A stretch of DNA of 64,000 bases from Desulfuromonadales bacterium (GTDB lineage: Bacteria > Desulfobacterota > Desulfuromonadia > Desulfuromonadales > JACZKF01): assembly GCA_041677125.1 (NCBI GenBank), contig JBAYQP010000005.1, positions 23,007 to 87,006 of the forward strand, written 5' to 3'. The translations under genes were made by a program, and so were the position numbers. The notes under the pieces are model-generated. The model ran no database searches. It was given only the letters and a program-made list of their open reading frames with translations, and was not told the DNA's origin. Positions 8,881-18,600 of this stretch are shown here, piece after piece (positions within the stretch are counted from its first letter, which is position 1; each line of letters starts with the position of its first letter).

Positions 8881-10535
8881 GCCAGTTCCTTTTCCGCCCA
8901 AAGGGCGAGCTTCTCGCGAAAAATTTTCGCATTGTGCCGGATATCGACGGGAAACAGAGGGTGAAACAGAACGTCGGCGATGCCGGCGGTCATCGGGTTC
9001 TCCCCGGCACTCGTCAGCAACTCTTCGCGAATACGGGGATAGGCGGAGCGCGGCACGCCAAGTTCGGTCTCGATGCAGATAACCGGGCGCTGCCGCCCCG
9101 GCGCGCCAACACCGACCAGAGCGCTGCGAAACACCTGCCGGTGGGCGTTGAAGAGCGCCTCGCAGGGGATGGTGAACAGGGTGCCGTCGGCGGTGATGAC
9201 GCGGTGCGCCTTGCGCCCGCAGAACCAGATGCGCCCTTGCGCGTCGCGGTAGCCGAGATCGCCCATGCGGTGGAAAAAGCCGCCGGCCGGATCGACGATC
9301 TTGCCCAGTGCCGTCGACTCGGGCCGGCGATAATAGCCGGCTGTCACCTGCGGCCCCTGGACGACGATTTCGCCGATTTCGCCGACGGGCAGTTTCAGTT
9401 CCTCATCCCACCTTGCCACCGGTTCGTCGCTGATGGCGATGATTTCCAGCCGCAGCTCCGGCACCGGCCGGCCGACGCAGATCCCCTCCCCTTTATCGGT
9501 TTGGCGCCGCGTCTGGCCGAGAATTTCCCGGCTGCCGATGGAGCAGACCGGCAACGCCTCGGTGGCGCCGTACGGGGTGAAGATTTGCGTGTCGGGCGAC
9601 AGCAGGGTGGCAAAGCGTTCGAGAACTTTGGCCGGCACCGGCGCGCCGGCGGAAATCACCCGCCGGATGGTGGTCAGGCGGATTCCGTTTTCCAGGCCAT
9701 AGCGCCCAACCCGGTTGATCAGGGCCGGCGAGCCGAACATATTGGTCACGCCGAACTGCTGGATGGCGGCCACCAGCTTTTGCGGGTTAATCAGTGCCGG
9801 GCGGGTGAAGTCCATCTCCGGAATGACCGCCGTCATCCCCAGCGCCGGGTCGAACAGCGCAAAAAGCGGAAAGGTCGGCAGATCGATTTCGCCGGGGCGG
9901 ATATCGTAGAGTTCGCGCAGCCTTTCCACCTGGGCGGCGAAATTGCCGTGGCTGTAGACGGCCCCTTTCGGCGCCCCGGTGCTGCCGCTGGTGAAGAGAA
10001 TGGCCGCCGTCTCCTTTGCGTCCGTCGGCGCCAGGAGATAAGGGCGTTCGCTGGGCACGGTGGCGACCAGCTTCTGCAAGGTCGTCCCGCCCCAGCCGAA
10101 ACGGCGGCCGACGGTCAACAGCAGGCGCAAATCCTTTTTCCCCCAACCGAAGAGGAGGCGGGCGATATGCGCCTTGGGCACGCCGATAAACGCCTCGGGC
10201 GCGGCCTCCTCCAGGCAGACCTTGAGATTCTTCACCCCCATGCCGGGATCGACCAGAATCGGCACCGCGCCGACTTTGAACAGGGCGAAAGTCAGGGCGA
10301 AAAAATCGAGGCCGGGGGGCGCCATCAGCACGGTGCGGACGCCGCGCCCGATGCCGAACCCTTCGAGGGCGTGGGCGATGCGGTTGCTCTCTTGTTCAAG
10401 CTGGGCGAAGGTGGCGTGGCGGTAGGAGAGTTGGCCGTTCCGGCGGTGCGGTACATGGATGGCGGGGGTGTCGGGCTGCTGTCGCGCCATCTCCGGGAGA
10501 TGGGCGGCGATGTTGATCGGGCGCGCTTCGCTCAT
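8877..10535 (-). CDS. oleC: OleC: AMP-dependent synthetase family, olefin beta-lactone synthetase
   Basis: ATG10535 ('MSEARPINIAAHLPEMARQQPDTPAI') overlaps the oleB stop (ATGA). Adenylation motifs 'ILFTSGSTGAPKG', 'YGATE' and 'GDLGYRDAQGRIWFCGRKAHRV'. The N-terminal extension of the track ORF (to 10868) overlaps oleB and was rejected. Confidence 0.85.
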   Translation of the reverse strand: MSEARPINIAAHLPEMARQQPDTPAIHVPHRRNGQLSYRHATFAQLEQESNRIAHALEGFGIGRGVRTVLMAPPGLDFFALTFALFKVGAVPILVDPGMGVKNLKVCLEEAAPEAFIGVPKAHIARLLFGWGKKDLRLLLTVGRRFGWGGTTLQKLVATVPSERPYLLAPTDAKETAAILFTSGSTGAPKGAVYSHGNFAAQVERLRELYDIRPGEIDLPTFPLFALFDPALGMTAVIPEMDFTRPALINPQKLVAAIQQFGVTNMFGSPALINRVGRYGLENGIRLTTIRRVISAGAPVPAKVLERFATLLSPDTQIFTPYGATEALPVCSIGSREILGQTRRQTDKGEGICVGRPVPELRLEIIAISDEPVARWDEELKLPVGEIGEIVVQGPQVTAGYYRRPESTALGKIVDPAGGFFHRMGDLGYRDAQGRIWFCGRKAHRVITADGTLFTIPCEALFNAHRQVFRSALVGVGAPGRQRPVICIETELGVPRSAYPRIREELLTSAGENPMTAGIADVLFHPLFPVDIRHNAKIFREKLALWAEKELA

Positions 10536-11428
10536 GCCGCGTGCGGCTCCAGCGGGTGACGGGCGAGAAAATCGCGAACCAGCGGGATGACCTCTTCGGC
10601 TGCATCCTCGAGGATATAGTGGCCGCAATCGGCGAAGGAGTTCACTTCGGCGCGGGGAAAGCGCCGCCGCCATTCGGCGAGAAAATGCCGGTCGAAGACG
10701 AAATCCCGCTCCCCCCAGCAGATCAGCATCGGCCGGTCGGCAAAACGGTGCAGGCCCGCCTGGACATGGTTGATCATGGCGTAGCCGGCATCGCTCGGCG
10801 CCAGAGGGATGTCCTGGACGAAGCGCAAGGTGGCGATGCGGTTGCGCCACGAATCGTAGGGACGGCAATAGGCGTCGCGCAGTTCGGCCGGCATCGGCCG
10901 GCGCTTGCAGCCGACCCGGGCGGCGGCGCGGGCAAAGGCGTTGCCGCCGCGGATGAGCAGCGAGCCGAGGGGAGTGCGGCAGAGTTTCAGGGCAAAGGGA
11001 AAGCTTTTGCTCGCCGGCAGGTGAAAGGCGGCGGTGTTGAGAATGACCAGACGACGGACGCGTTCGGGATGGCGGCTGGCATAAGCCATGCCGATCATCC
11101 CGCCCCAGTCGTGCAGCACCAGGGTGATCTTTTCGTCGATGCCGAGTTCATCGAGCAACCCGGCCAGATCGTCCACCCGCTGCCGCAAGGTGTAGCTGTA
11201 GAGGGTGTCGTCCGGCTTGTCGGAGAGACCGCAGCCGATGTGGTCGGGGACGATAACCCGGCAACGGTCGCGCAGGGCGAGCACCAGATTGCGGTAGTAG
11301 AAGGACCAGGAAGGATTGCCGTGCAGCATGACCACCGGCTCCCCCGCGCCTTCATCGAGGTAATGCTGGCGCAGGCCGCCGAGGTCGCGGAATTTTCCGG
11401 TAAAGGGATAGAGATCCTTGCTTACCAC
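10532..11428 (-). CDS. oleB: OleB: alpha/beta-hydrolase (haloalkane-dehalogenase-like), beta-lactone decarboxylase
   Basis: 'VVMLHGNPSWSFYYRNL', nucleophile-elbow 'VLHDWGGMIGMAYA' and C-terminal 'CGHYILEDA'. GTG11428 overlaps the oleA stop (GTGGTAA). The track ORF's extension to 11812 lies inside oleA and was rejected. Confidence 0.8.
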   Translation of the reverse strand: MVSKDLYPFTGKFRDLGGLRQHYLDEGAGEPVVMLHGNPSWSFYYRNLVLALRDRCRVIVPDHIGCGLSDKPDDTLYSYTLRQRVDDLAGLLDELGIDEKITLVLHDWGGMIGMAYASRHPERVRRLVILNTAAFHLPASKSFPFALKLCRTPLGSLLIRGGNAFARAAARVGCKRRPMPAELRDAYCRPYDSWRNRIATLRFVQDIPLAPSDAGYAMINHVQAGLHRFADRPMLICWGERDFVFDRHFLAEWRRRFPRAEVNSFADCGHYILEDAAEEVIPLVRDFLARHPLEPHAA

Positions 11429-12465
11429 TGAATCCCCAGCATCAAACAGTTCAGGCCGCTGCCGATGCCGAGGAAGCCGACGATATCCCCGGGCAGGAGA
11501 AGATCGCGTTCCTTGGCGATGGCGGCGGTGATCGGCAGGGAAACGGTGCCCATGTTGCCGAGAAATTCGAAGGTGGTGAAATCTTTTTCCGCGGCAATGC
11601 CGAGGGTCTGCAAAATGAGTTTCTGATGCGCCTCGCCCACCTGGTGGCAGATGACCTTGTTGATGCGCGGGGCGGTCAACTCCAGTTCGGTCAGGAAGGC
11701 ATCCCAGGTGCGCTTGCCGAGTTCGACCCCGTGCTTCATCACGGCCACCGCGTCGGTGCGCATGTAGGGGGTCTGACAGGCCGGATTCTCCCCCTCGATC
11801 CCCCAGCGGCAAAGCGCATGGTGCCGCGGTTCGGCGACATTGACGCCGCCGAGCAGACGCGGCCGGCGCGAGGGCGTGAAGGAGCCGTCGGTGAGGAGAA
11901 TAGCCACCGCGCCGGATCCGCCGGTGAAAGTGGCCAAGGAGGTGGTGAAGAGCTCCATGCTCGGCTTATCGAGCAGGCGGCGCATCATGATTTCGTTGAT
12001 TTCCCGCGAGCTTTCGCAGGCGACGACGAGCCCGGCGCGAATCTGCCCGAGCTCGATGCGGTTGGCGACGTCGAGAACGCCGTTGAGCACCCCCAGACAG
12101 GCATTGGAGATGTCGTAGACGGCGGCATTGCCCTGAATGCCGATGGCGGCGGCGACCTGACAGGCGGTGGCGGGCTCGAAGTGCTCCCGGCAGACGCCGG
12201 CGTAAACCAGCGCGCCGATCTCCTGCGGGGCGACATCGCGCCCCTGCAAAGCCTTGGTTGCAGCGGCAATGGCGCCTTGGGACACCGGCGTGTGCGGCTT
12301 CCACCAACGCCGCTCGCGGATGCCGGTAAGCGCCTCCAGTTGCCCCGGCGCGATGTGCAGCGCCTCGTACATCGGTTTCAGCCGATTTTCCAGCTCCATC
12401 GATGTGACGACGATCGGCGCCAGCTCATAGCCGACCGATTCCAAATATACGCGTGAATATCTCAT
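11422..12465 (-). CDS. oleA: OleA: FabH-like thiolase for head-to-head (non-decarboxylative) Claisen condensation of two acyl thioesters
   Basis: ATG12465 ('MRYSRVYLESVGYELAPIVVTS'). Active-site Cys context 'DISNACLGVLNG'. KAS-III-like C-terminal half ('ICHQVGEAHQKL', 'GNMGTVSLP'). First gene of the A-B-C-D set. Confidence 0.85.
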   Translation of the reverse strand: MRYSRVYLESVGYELAPIVVTSMELENRLKPMYEALHIAPGQLEALTGIRERRWWKPHTPVSQGAIAAATKALQGRDVAPQEIGALVYAGVCREHFEPATACQVAAAIGIQGNAAVYDISNACLGVLNGVLDVANRIELGQIRAGLVVACESSREINEIMMRRLLDKPSMELFTTSLATFTGGSGAVAILLTDGSFTPSRRPRLLGGVNVAEPRHHALCRWGIEGENPACQTPYMRTDAVAVMKHGVELGKRTWDAFLTELELTAPRINKVICHQVGEAHQKLILQTLGIAAEKDFTTFEFLGNMGTVSLPITAAIAKERDLLLPGDIVGFLGIGSGLNCLMLGIQW

Positions 12466-12680
12466 GCCCGTCCGGTTGATTGTTTTACGCAGGATCCCGG
12501 AAGCGGAGGTTAATCCGACTGCCGAATGGATGGTTGTAGCAGAAAATCGCACGCAGGTGAAGGAAAAACCTTCCCGGCGCCTTCCGGGTTGCGCGCCGGC
12601 TGAAGCGGATCCGATGCGCCCTGAAGCACCCGCCAGCAGTCAGGCCCGCCCATTCAGTCACCCGGACAAATCTTCCGCCT

Positions 12681-15600
12681 TCAGCCGCACACCCGCACCG
12701 TGAAGTCGAACATCTGGTAGATAATTTTGCCGTCAACGGACAGGTAGCCGTCGGCCTTGAGCAGGCGCTGGTCGTCGTCGATACCGGTGATTACCGCCTC
12801 GACGCTGGCCGCCTGGTTGGCCGGTACGATTTGGCCGCGATAATTCCAGCGGTGTTCGGCGCCGAGGGCGACCGTTTCGAACACGGCGTCCCCCCCGCCC
12901 CCCCAGCGATCGACGGCGACCACCTTGAGCAGTTGCAGAAACGATTCGAGACCGAGGGAGCCGGGCCAGACCGGATCCTGGTAAAAGTGGGCCTGAAAGA
13001 ACCATTCATCCGGGTCGACCGGTTTGCTGCCGCGAATATAACCGAGGCGGTGCGGGCCGCCGTGGCGCAGAAAAGCATCGACGTGGGCGATCATGCGCAG
13101 TTTGGCTTCGGGAAAGGGCGCCTCGGTCGGATACGGGAACGATTCCGCGCCGGCCAGTTCGCCGGCGGCGGGCTGCCACGGCTTGGCGTCGCGCACCCCG
13201 ACCTGCTGGGCGAGGGCTTCCCTGGAGAAAAAACCGAAAACGGTGTCGCCGCTGTAAACCGGTCCCCGCCGGTCGTGGATGGCGAAATCGTACCCCTGAA
13301 TGATCATGCCGCCGCTGGTGGCGACGCGGGTGATCTTCACTTGGGTGGTCAGCGTTCCGGAGTCGGGAGTGACCGGCCGGTGCTGGACGGCGCGGCCGTC
13401 GAGATTGCGGAAGGAGAGATCGACCGGGCTGGTCAGCGCCGAGCCGAGATAGGCCGCCAGCCAACCGCACGGCTGCAGCCCGATTTCGAGCAGGATGCTG
13501 AAGGGCATCTGCGGCTGGCGGCCGGCGGCGAAATACCAGGCGTCGGGCGGCACGTCGTACTCGGCCGCCACCGTCGCCCCGGAAACCAGCTTCCACGGCT
13601 CGCCGGCAATGGCGACGATGCGGTCGAGAAACTGAAAAGGAGGACCGGGCAGACGGGCGATGCGCCGTTCCTCGTCAAAGATCCGGTACGGCTCGCCGAA
13701 GGCCTCCGACGGCTTGCCGACGGCAAAGGCAAGGATGCGCTCATAGTCGTACACGGGGACTGTCCCCCCGTTTTTGGGGAGGGCTGTCCCCCGGTTTTCA
13801 GCCGCCGCCACGGGGACAGTCGCCGAAACCGGGTCAGTCGCCCCCGCCCAGAAACCCTCCACCTTCTCCCGTGTCAGCCCGGTCAGACGCACCGACATGT
13901 CGCCGATTTCGACCACCGGTTGGCCGTCGGCGTACATCAGGGCGTTGACGATGGCGTACGGCTCGGGACGGTAGCCGATCTCCTTGATGCTTACTTCGTA
14001 AGTGACCCGCCGCGTCGCCTCGGTGACCTGCCCCCGGCACTTGAGCTGACTGGCGACCCCGGCAACCGGCTGGTAAACGACCTCGTCCGCCTCACCGACC
14101 CAGCCCAGACGCAGCAGGTAAATACGCAGGGTGTGCAGACAGCATTCGTACATCAGGGTGCCCGGCATGACGTTGTCGTCGCAGAAGTGGCAGACCAGAA
14201 ACCAGTCGTCCGGATGGATATCGGCTTCGGCGCGAATCAGGCCGATACCGAAGCGTCCGCCGGCCGGATCGAGGTGCGTCACCCGATCGACCAGTTTCAG
14301 CTTGCCGCCCGGCAGGGTCGCCGGCCGCCTTATCGGCAGTTGGCCGAAAAGCGGACCGAAACAGCCGGCGAGATCACCACGATAAAGGGCGTCGATCTGC
14401 CGCTCGTCGTAGGCTTCGACCGCCATGGCGGCCAGTTCCCGCCAGTCGGCGGGGCGAACTCCCGGCTGCGGCAGCAGGTCGAATTTGGTGTGCACGATCC
14501 CCTTGCCGGCGGCGAGCTCCGCCTCGGTGAAGAAACCGGCGCAACCGTTCTTCATGCTGAGCAGCGGCTCGCCGTTGACCGTCCCCTCGAAACTGAAGCG
14601 GAGTAGATAGGTCTGGTCCTGGCGAAAGAAACGTTCGATACGGATGTCGTAGCGGATGGTGTCGCCGGCAACGGGCAGCGGCCGATGAAAGGTCACCACC
14701 GCGTCCAGCAGACGGTAAACGGCCAGACCGCGGGTAATGAAATCGATACCCAGAAACCCGGCGAGGAACAGGTCCGCCTGCCCGGCCTCGACGGCAATGC
14801 AGGTGGGGATGCGGCCGCCGTCCAGATACCAGCGATCAGCGGTGACATCGTGCTCGGTGATCACCCGGCCGCTCGTCATCGAACGGGGTGCGCCCTCGAT
14901 GGCGACGATGCGATCGACCAGCATCAGCGGCTCGTCGGGCAAACGAACACGGGTTGGGAAGGTATCGACCTCCGCGAACTCCGGTCCGAGCATGGCGGCA
15001 ATGGAACCGACGGCGAACTCCATGCACATGGGGCGGTCGAAGGCGGGGGGCGGCGCGGCGGCGGTTTCCCGCCGGGGCGCGGGCTGGGAGGAAAGGGGTA
15101 TTTCCTCCCCGTTCGCCGCCATTTTCCGCAGCAGCTCCATTTGCAGGCCGATGTTATCGGCCATCGCCCGGTTCACCGTTTCGGCAAAACGCAGGTAGAC
15201 CCCGTGCGCCGCGGCGGTCTGCGCGGCGGCGCGCTGCACGGGCGCAAGCGCCGCGTTCTCCACGGACTTTGCTGAGTCCGCGGTTTTCACTGGCTTCATG
15301 GAATCTACAGAACTTATGGGATTCATGGGGCTTCTCTGTGCCGCAGGCGGCGTTTGTTTCGGCATCGGCACTGAAAAAGGCGCACCGCCGATGGGGGCGT
15401 AAATGCGGTTTACCGTCGCGATCGCCGCTGCCGGACTTGGTGCGGGATAGAGGGCGCCCAGATCGACGGTCACCCGTTCGGCCAGGCATTGGGCAAGCAG
15501 GCGCAACACCAGAGAGGATGGGTCCTGTCCCGGATAGCAGGCGGAGCGGGCCATATGCGGCCGGTCGTGCAGAATGCGCCCGATCATCCGGCTGCAGGAA

Positions 15601-18600
15601 TTTCCCGGTCCCATCTCCAGAAAGATGCGGATGCCGTCCGCGTAGAGTTGCTCGACCAGCCGGGGGTAATCGACGGTCTCCAGCGCCTGGGCGAGAATGG
15701 CGTCGGCGATGCGCTCCTCGCTCAACTGGTAGCTTTTACCCCAGGCGCCGCTGTAAAAGGCGATTCCCGGAGGAGGCGTGGTGGCGAAAAGATGCAGATC
15801 GCGATAGGCGGCCGCCACCGGCCGGGCCACTTCGCAGTGAACGGTGGTCACGCCGCGCAGGGGGAGGAAATGACAGCCGAGCCGCCGCACCAGCTCTTCC
15901 ACCTGCTGTCGGTCGCCGCCGACCACGCATTCGCGCGGGGTGTTGACGATCAGCAGATACACCCGGTCAAGCCCCGGCAATGCCTGCCGCACCTGTTCGG
16001 CGGGGACGGCGGCCAGCCCGAGCAGCCACTCGATCCGTTCCTCCGGCGCAACGCCCCAGATGCGACGGGCGGCGAGGCAGGCGCCGGCCAGTTCTTCGGT
16101 AAACAGGGTGGAGGCGGCAAGGCGACTCGCCATGCCGTCGCGATCTTGCCAGGCGCCGAAGGAGAAGAGTCCGGCCGATTCGCCGAGACTGTAACCGCTC
16201 ACCGCTTGCGGCTCGATGCCGAAGCTGCGCACCAGATCGCTGACCGCCGTCCCCAGGGCGACCTGACCAATGACGAGTGCGTTGTGGTCTTCGTGCACCG
16301 CCTCGTCCAGCTCTTGCGTCCAGAAGTCGGCGGGACGGTACTGGCGGGCGAGATAGCGGTTGCGCAGATCCTGACGACGGAAAATCGCCGGCCAGCGGGC
16401 CGACAGCTCTCGCCCCATGCCGGCAAAATGGTTTCCCGAGCCGGGGAAGATGAAGGCGATGCCGCCTTGGCCGGCGAGGGGCGCCGGGTTGTAGAAGAGG
16501 CGGTCGCGCAGCGGACCAGGGAGCGCGCCGCCGCCGTGACCGTCGAGGCGCTGCTCGGGATGCCGGCGCAGCCAATCCTCCCCCTGACGCAGCAGCTCGG
16601 TCAATTCCCGGCGGCTGCCGACGACCACCGCCAGACAAAGCTTGCGCCGCCCGTCCAGCGGTGCGGCGGCCAACCAGCGCCCGGCCGCCGCCTCGACCCC
16701 CTCGGCGGCGTGCTCCGTCAGAAACGAGCGCAGGCGATCGATTTGCTCCAGCAGATCCGCGACGGCATCCCCTTCCAGGGCAAAGAGGGCCTCGCCGCAG
16801 GGGCCCAGCGGCGCCGGATCGGCGCCGGATCGGCAGAGATCGGCTTTGTCCTCCCAGCCTTCCAGCAGTACATGGGAGGAGCCGCCGTCGCTGCCGAGCC
16901 CGCTGACCAGCGCCCGGCGCGGACCGTCGGCGCGGTTGCGCAGCCAGAATTGCGGACCGGCGGGATAGCGGAAATCCCGTTGGCTTTCGGGCCATGCGGG
17001 ACGTTCCTGGTCGCCGCCACGCAGCGGCGGCAGGATCTGCCGATGCAGGCAGAGAGCGGCCTTGACCAGCGAAGCCAATCCGGAAGCAGCGCCGGCGTGG
17101 CCGACATCGGCCTTGACGCTGCCGAGGAAACAGGTGTTCGCGGTCGGAAGCTCGCCGAAGATGACGGGCAGCACCGCCCCTTCCACGGCATCCTCGGCGG
17201 CAATGCCGCTGCCGTGCACCTCCAAGTAGCCGACCGAATCCGGGGCGCAGCCGGCCTCCTGCAAGGTGCGCCGCAGGGCGAGGGAACAGGCCTTGGCGTC
17301 GGGATGCGGCACTTCCGGCCGGCCGCCGACGGCTGAACCGACGCCGCGGATGACGGCGTAAATACGGTCGCCGTCCCGCTGCGCCTCCTCCAGTTCTTTG
17401 AGCACCAGCGCCGCCGCCCCCTCGCCGATGACACAGTCGTTGGCCCCTCGGCCGAGAACGGCGCGCAGATCGCCGGCGAAGTCGACCGCGCCGACCACGG
17501 CGCGGTTGATCGACCCCTCCTGCAGGGCGCGCACCGCCACCTCCAGGGCGCTGAGCCCCGAATTTTCCTCGCTGGCGATGGTGAAGCTCGGGCCGCCGAT
17601 GCGAAATTCCTTGGCGATGCGGCTGGCGACGATGCTCCCCAGCGCCCCCATGGTGCGGTTGGCGCTCAGGGGGGGGCCGCAGGCGTCGCGCAGGTCGGCA
17701 ACCCAGGCGGCAAGTTCCTCCGGGGTCGGACGCAGACCGAGCCGTTGCGCCCAGGCGGCGGCTTGGTTTTCGATCCCCCAGCGGACGCTGAAGTTGGTGG
17801 CATTGAGATCGAGACCGGCGCCGATATAAACGCCGGTGAACAGCAGATCTTCGTTTTTCAGCCCGGCGTCGCGCAGGGCGGCATCAGCCACCTTGAGCAT
17901 GAGCAACTGGCGGGGCAGCATCTCCGCCAGTTCGCGGGGGGGAATGCGAAACTCGCCGGGAGCGGCGCCCACTTCGGGCACGAGATAGCCGCGCACGGCG
18001 GCGCGATCATGGCCGGCTTCGGCAAACCAGCGGCTGCCTTCCGCACCCCACCATGTTTCCGGCGCCGTCGGCGAAACTTCGGCGGGATTGCCGAGCACGC
18101 GCTGTTGAAAACTTGCCAACGAATCCCAGGGGCCGAAATGAGCGCCCAGGCCGATGATGGCCACCGGCGGATTCTTGCGCTGGAAGGACGGCGGAAAGGC
18201 CACGGTGGCGCGCGCCGGTTTTTTCGGCAGCCATTCCTCCAGCAGCAGATGGGCGTTGATGCCGCCGAAACCGAAGGCGCTGACCGCCGCCCGGCGTCCC
18301 CTTCCCTTCTGCCGCACCGCCCAGTCGCTCCCCTGATCGGGAATGCGAAACGGGCTGTCCGCCAGGGGAATTCCCCGCGCCGGAGTTTCGAAGTTGGCCG
18401 TCGGCGGCAGGGTGCGGTGTTTCAGCGCCAGCAGCGTCTTGATCAGCGCCGCCGAACCGGCGGCGGTGAGCAGATGACCGATGTTCGACTTGACCGAGCC
18501 GATGACGCACTGCCCCCGCCGCCAACCGCCCTCGCCCCACAGGGTCCGCAGACTGGCGAATTCGACCGCGTCGCCCACCGGCGTGCCGGTGGCGTGACAT

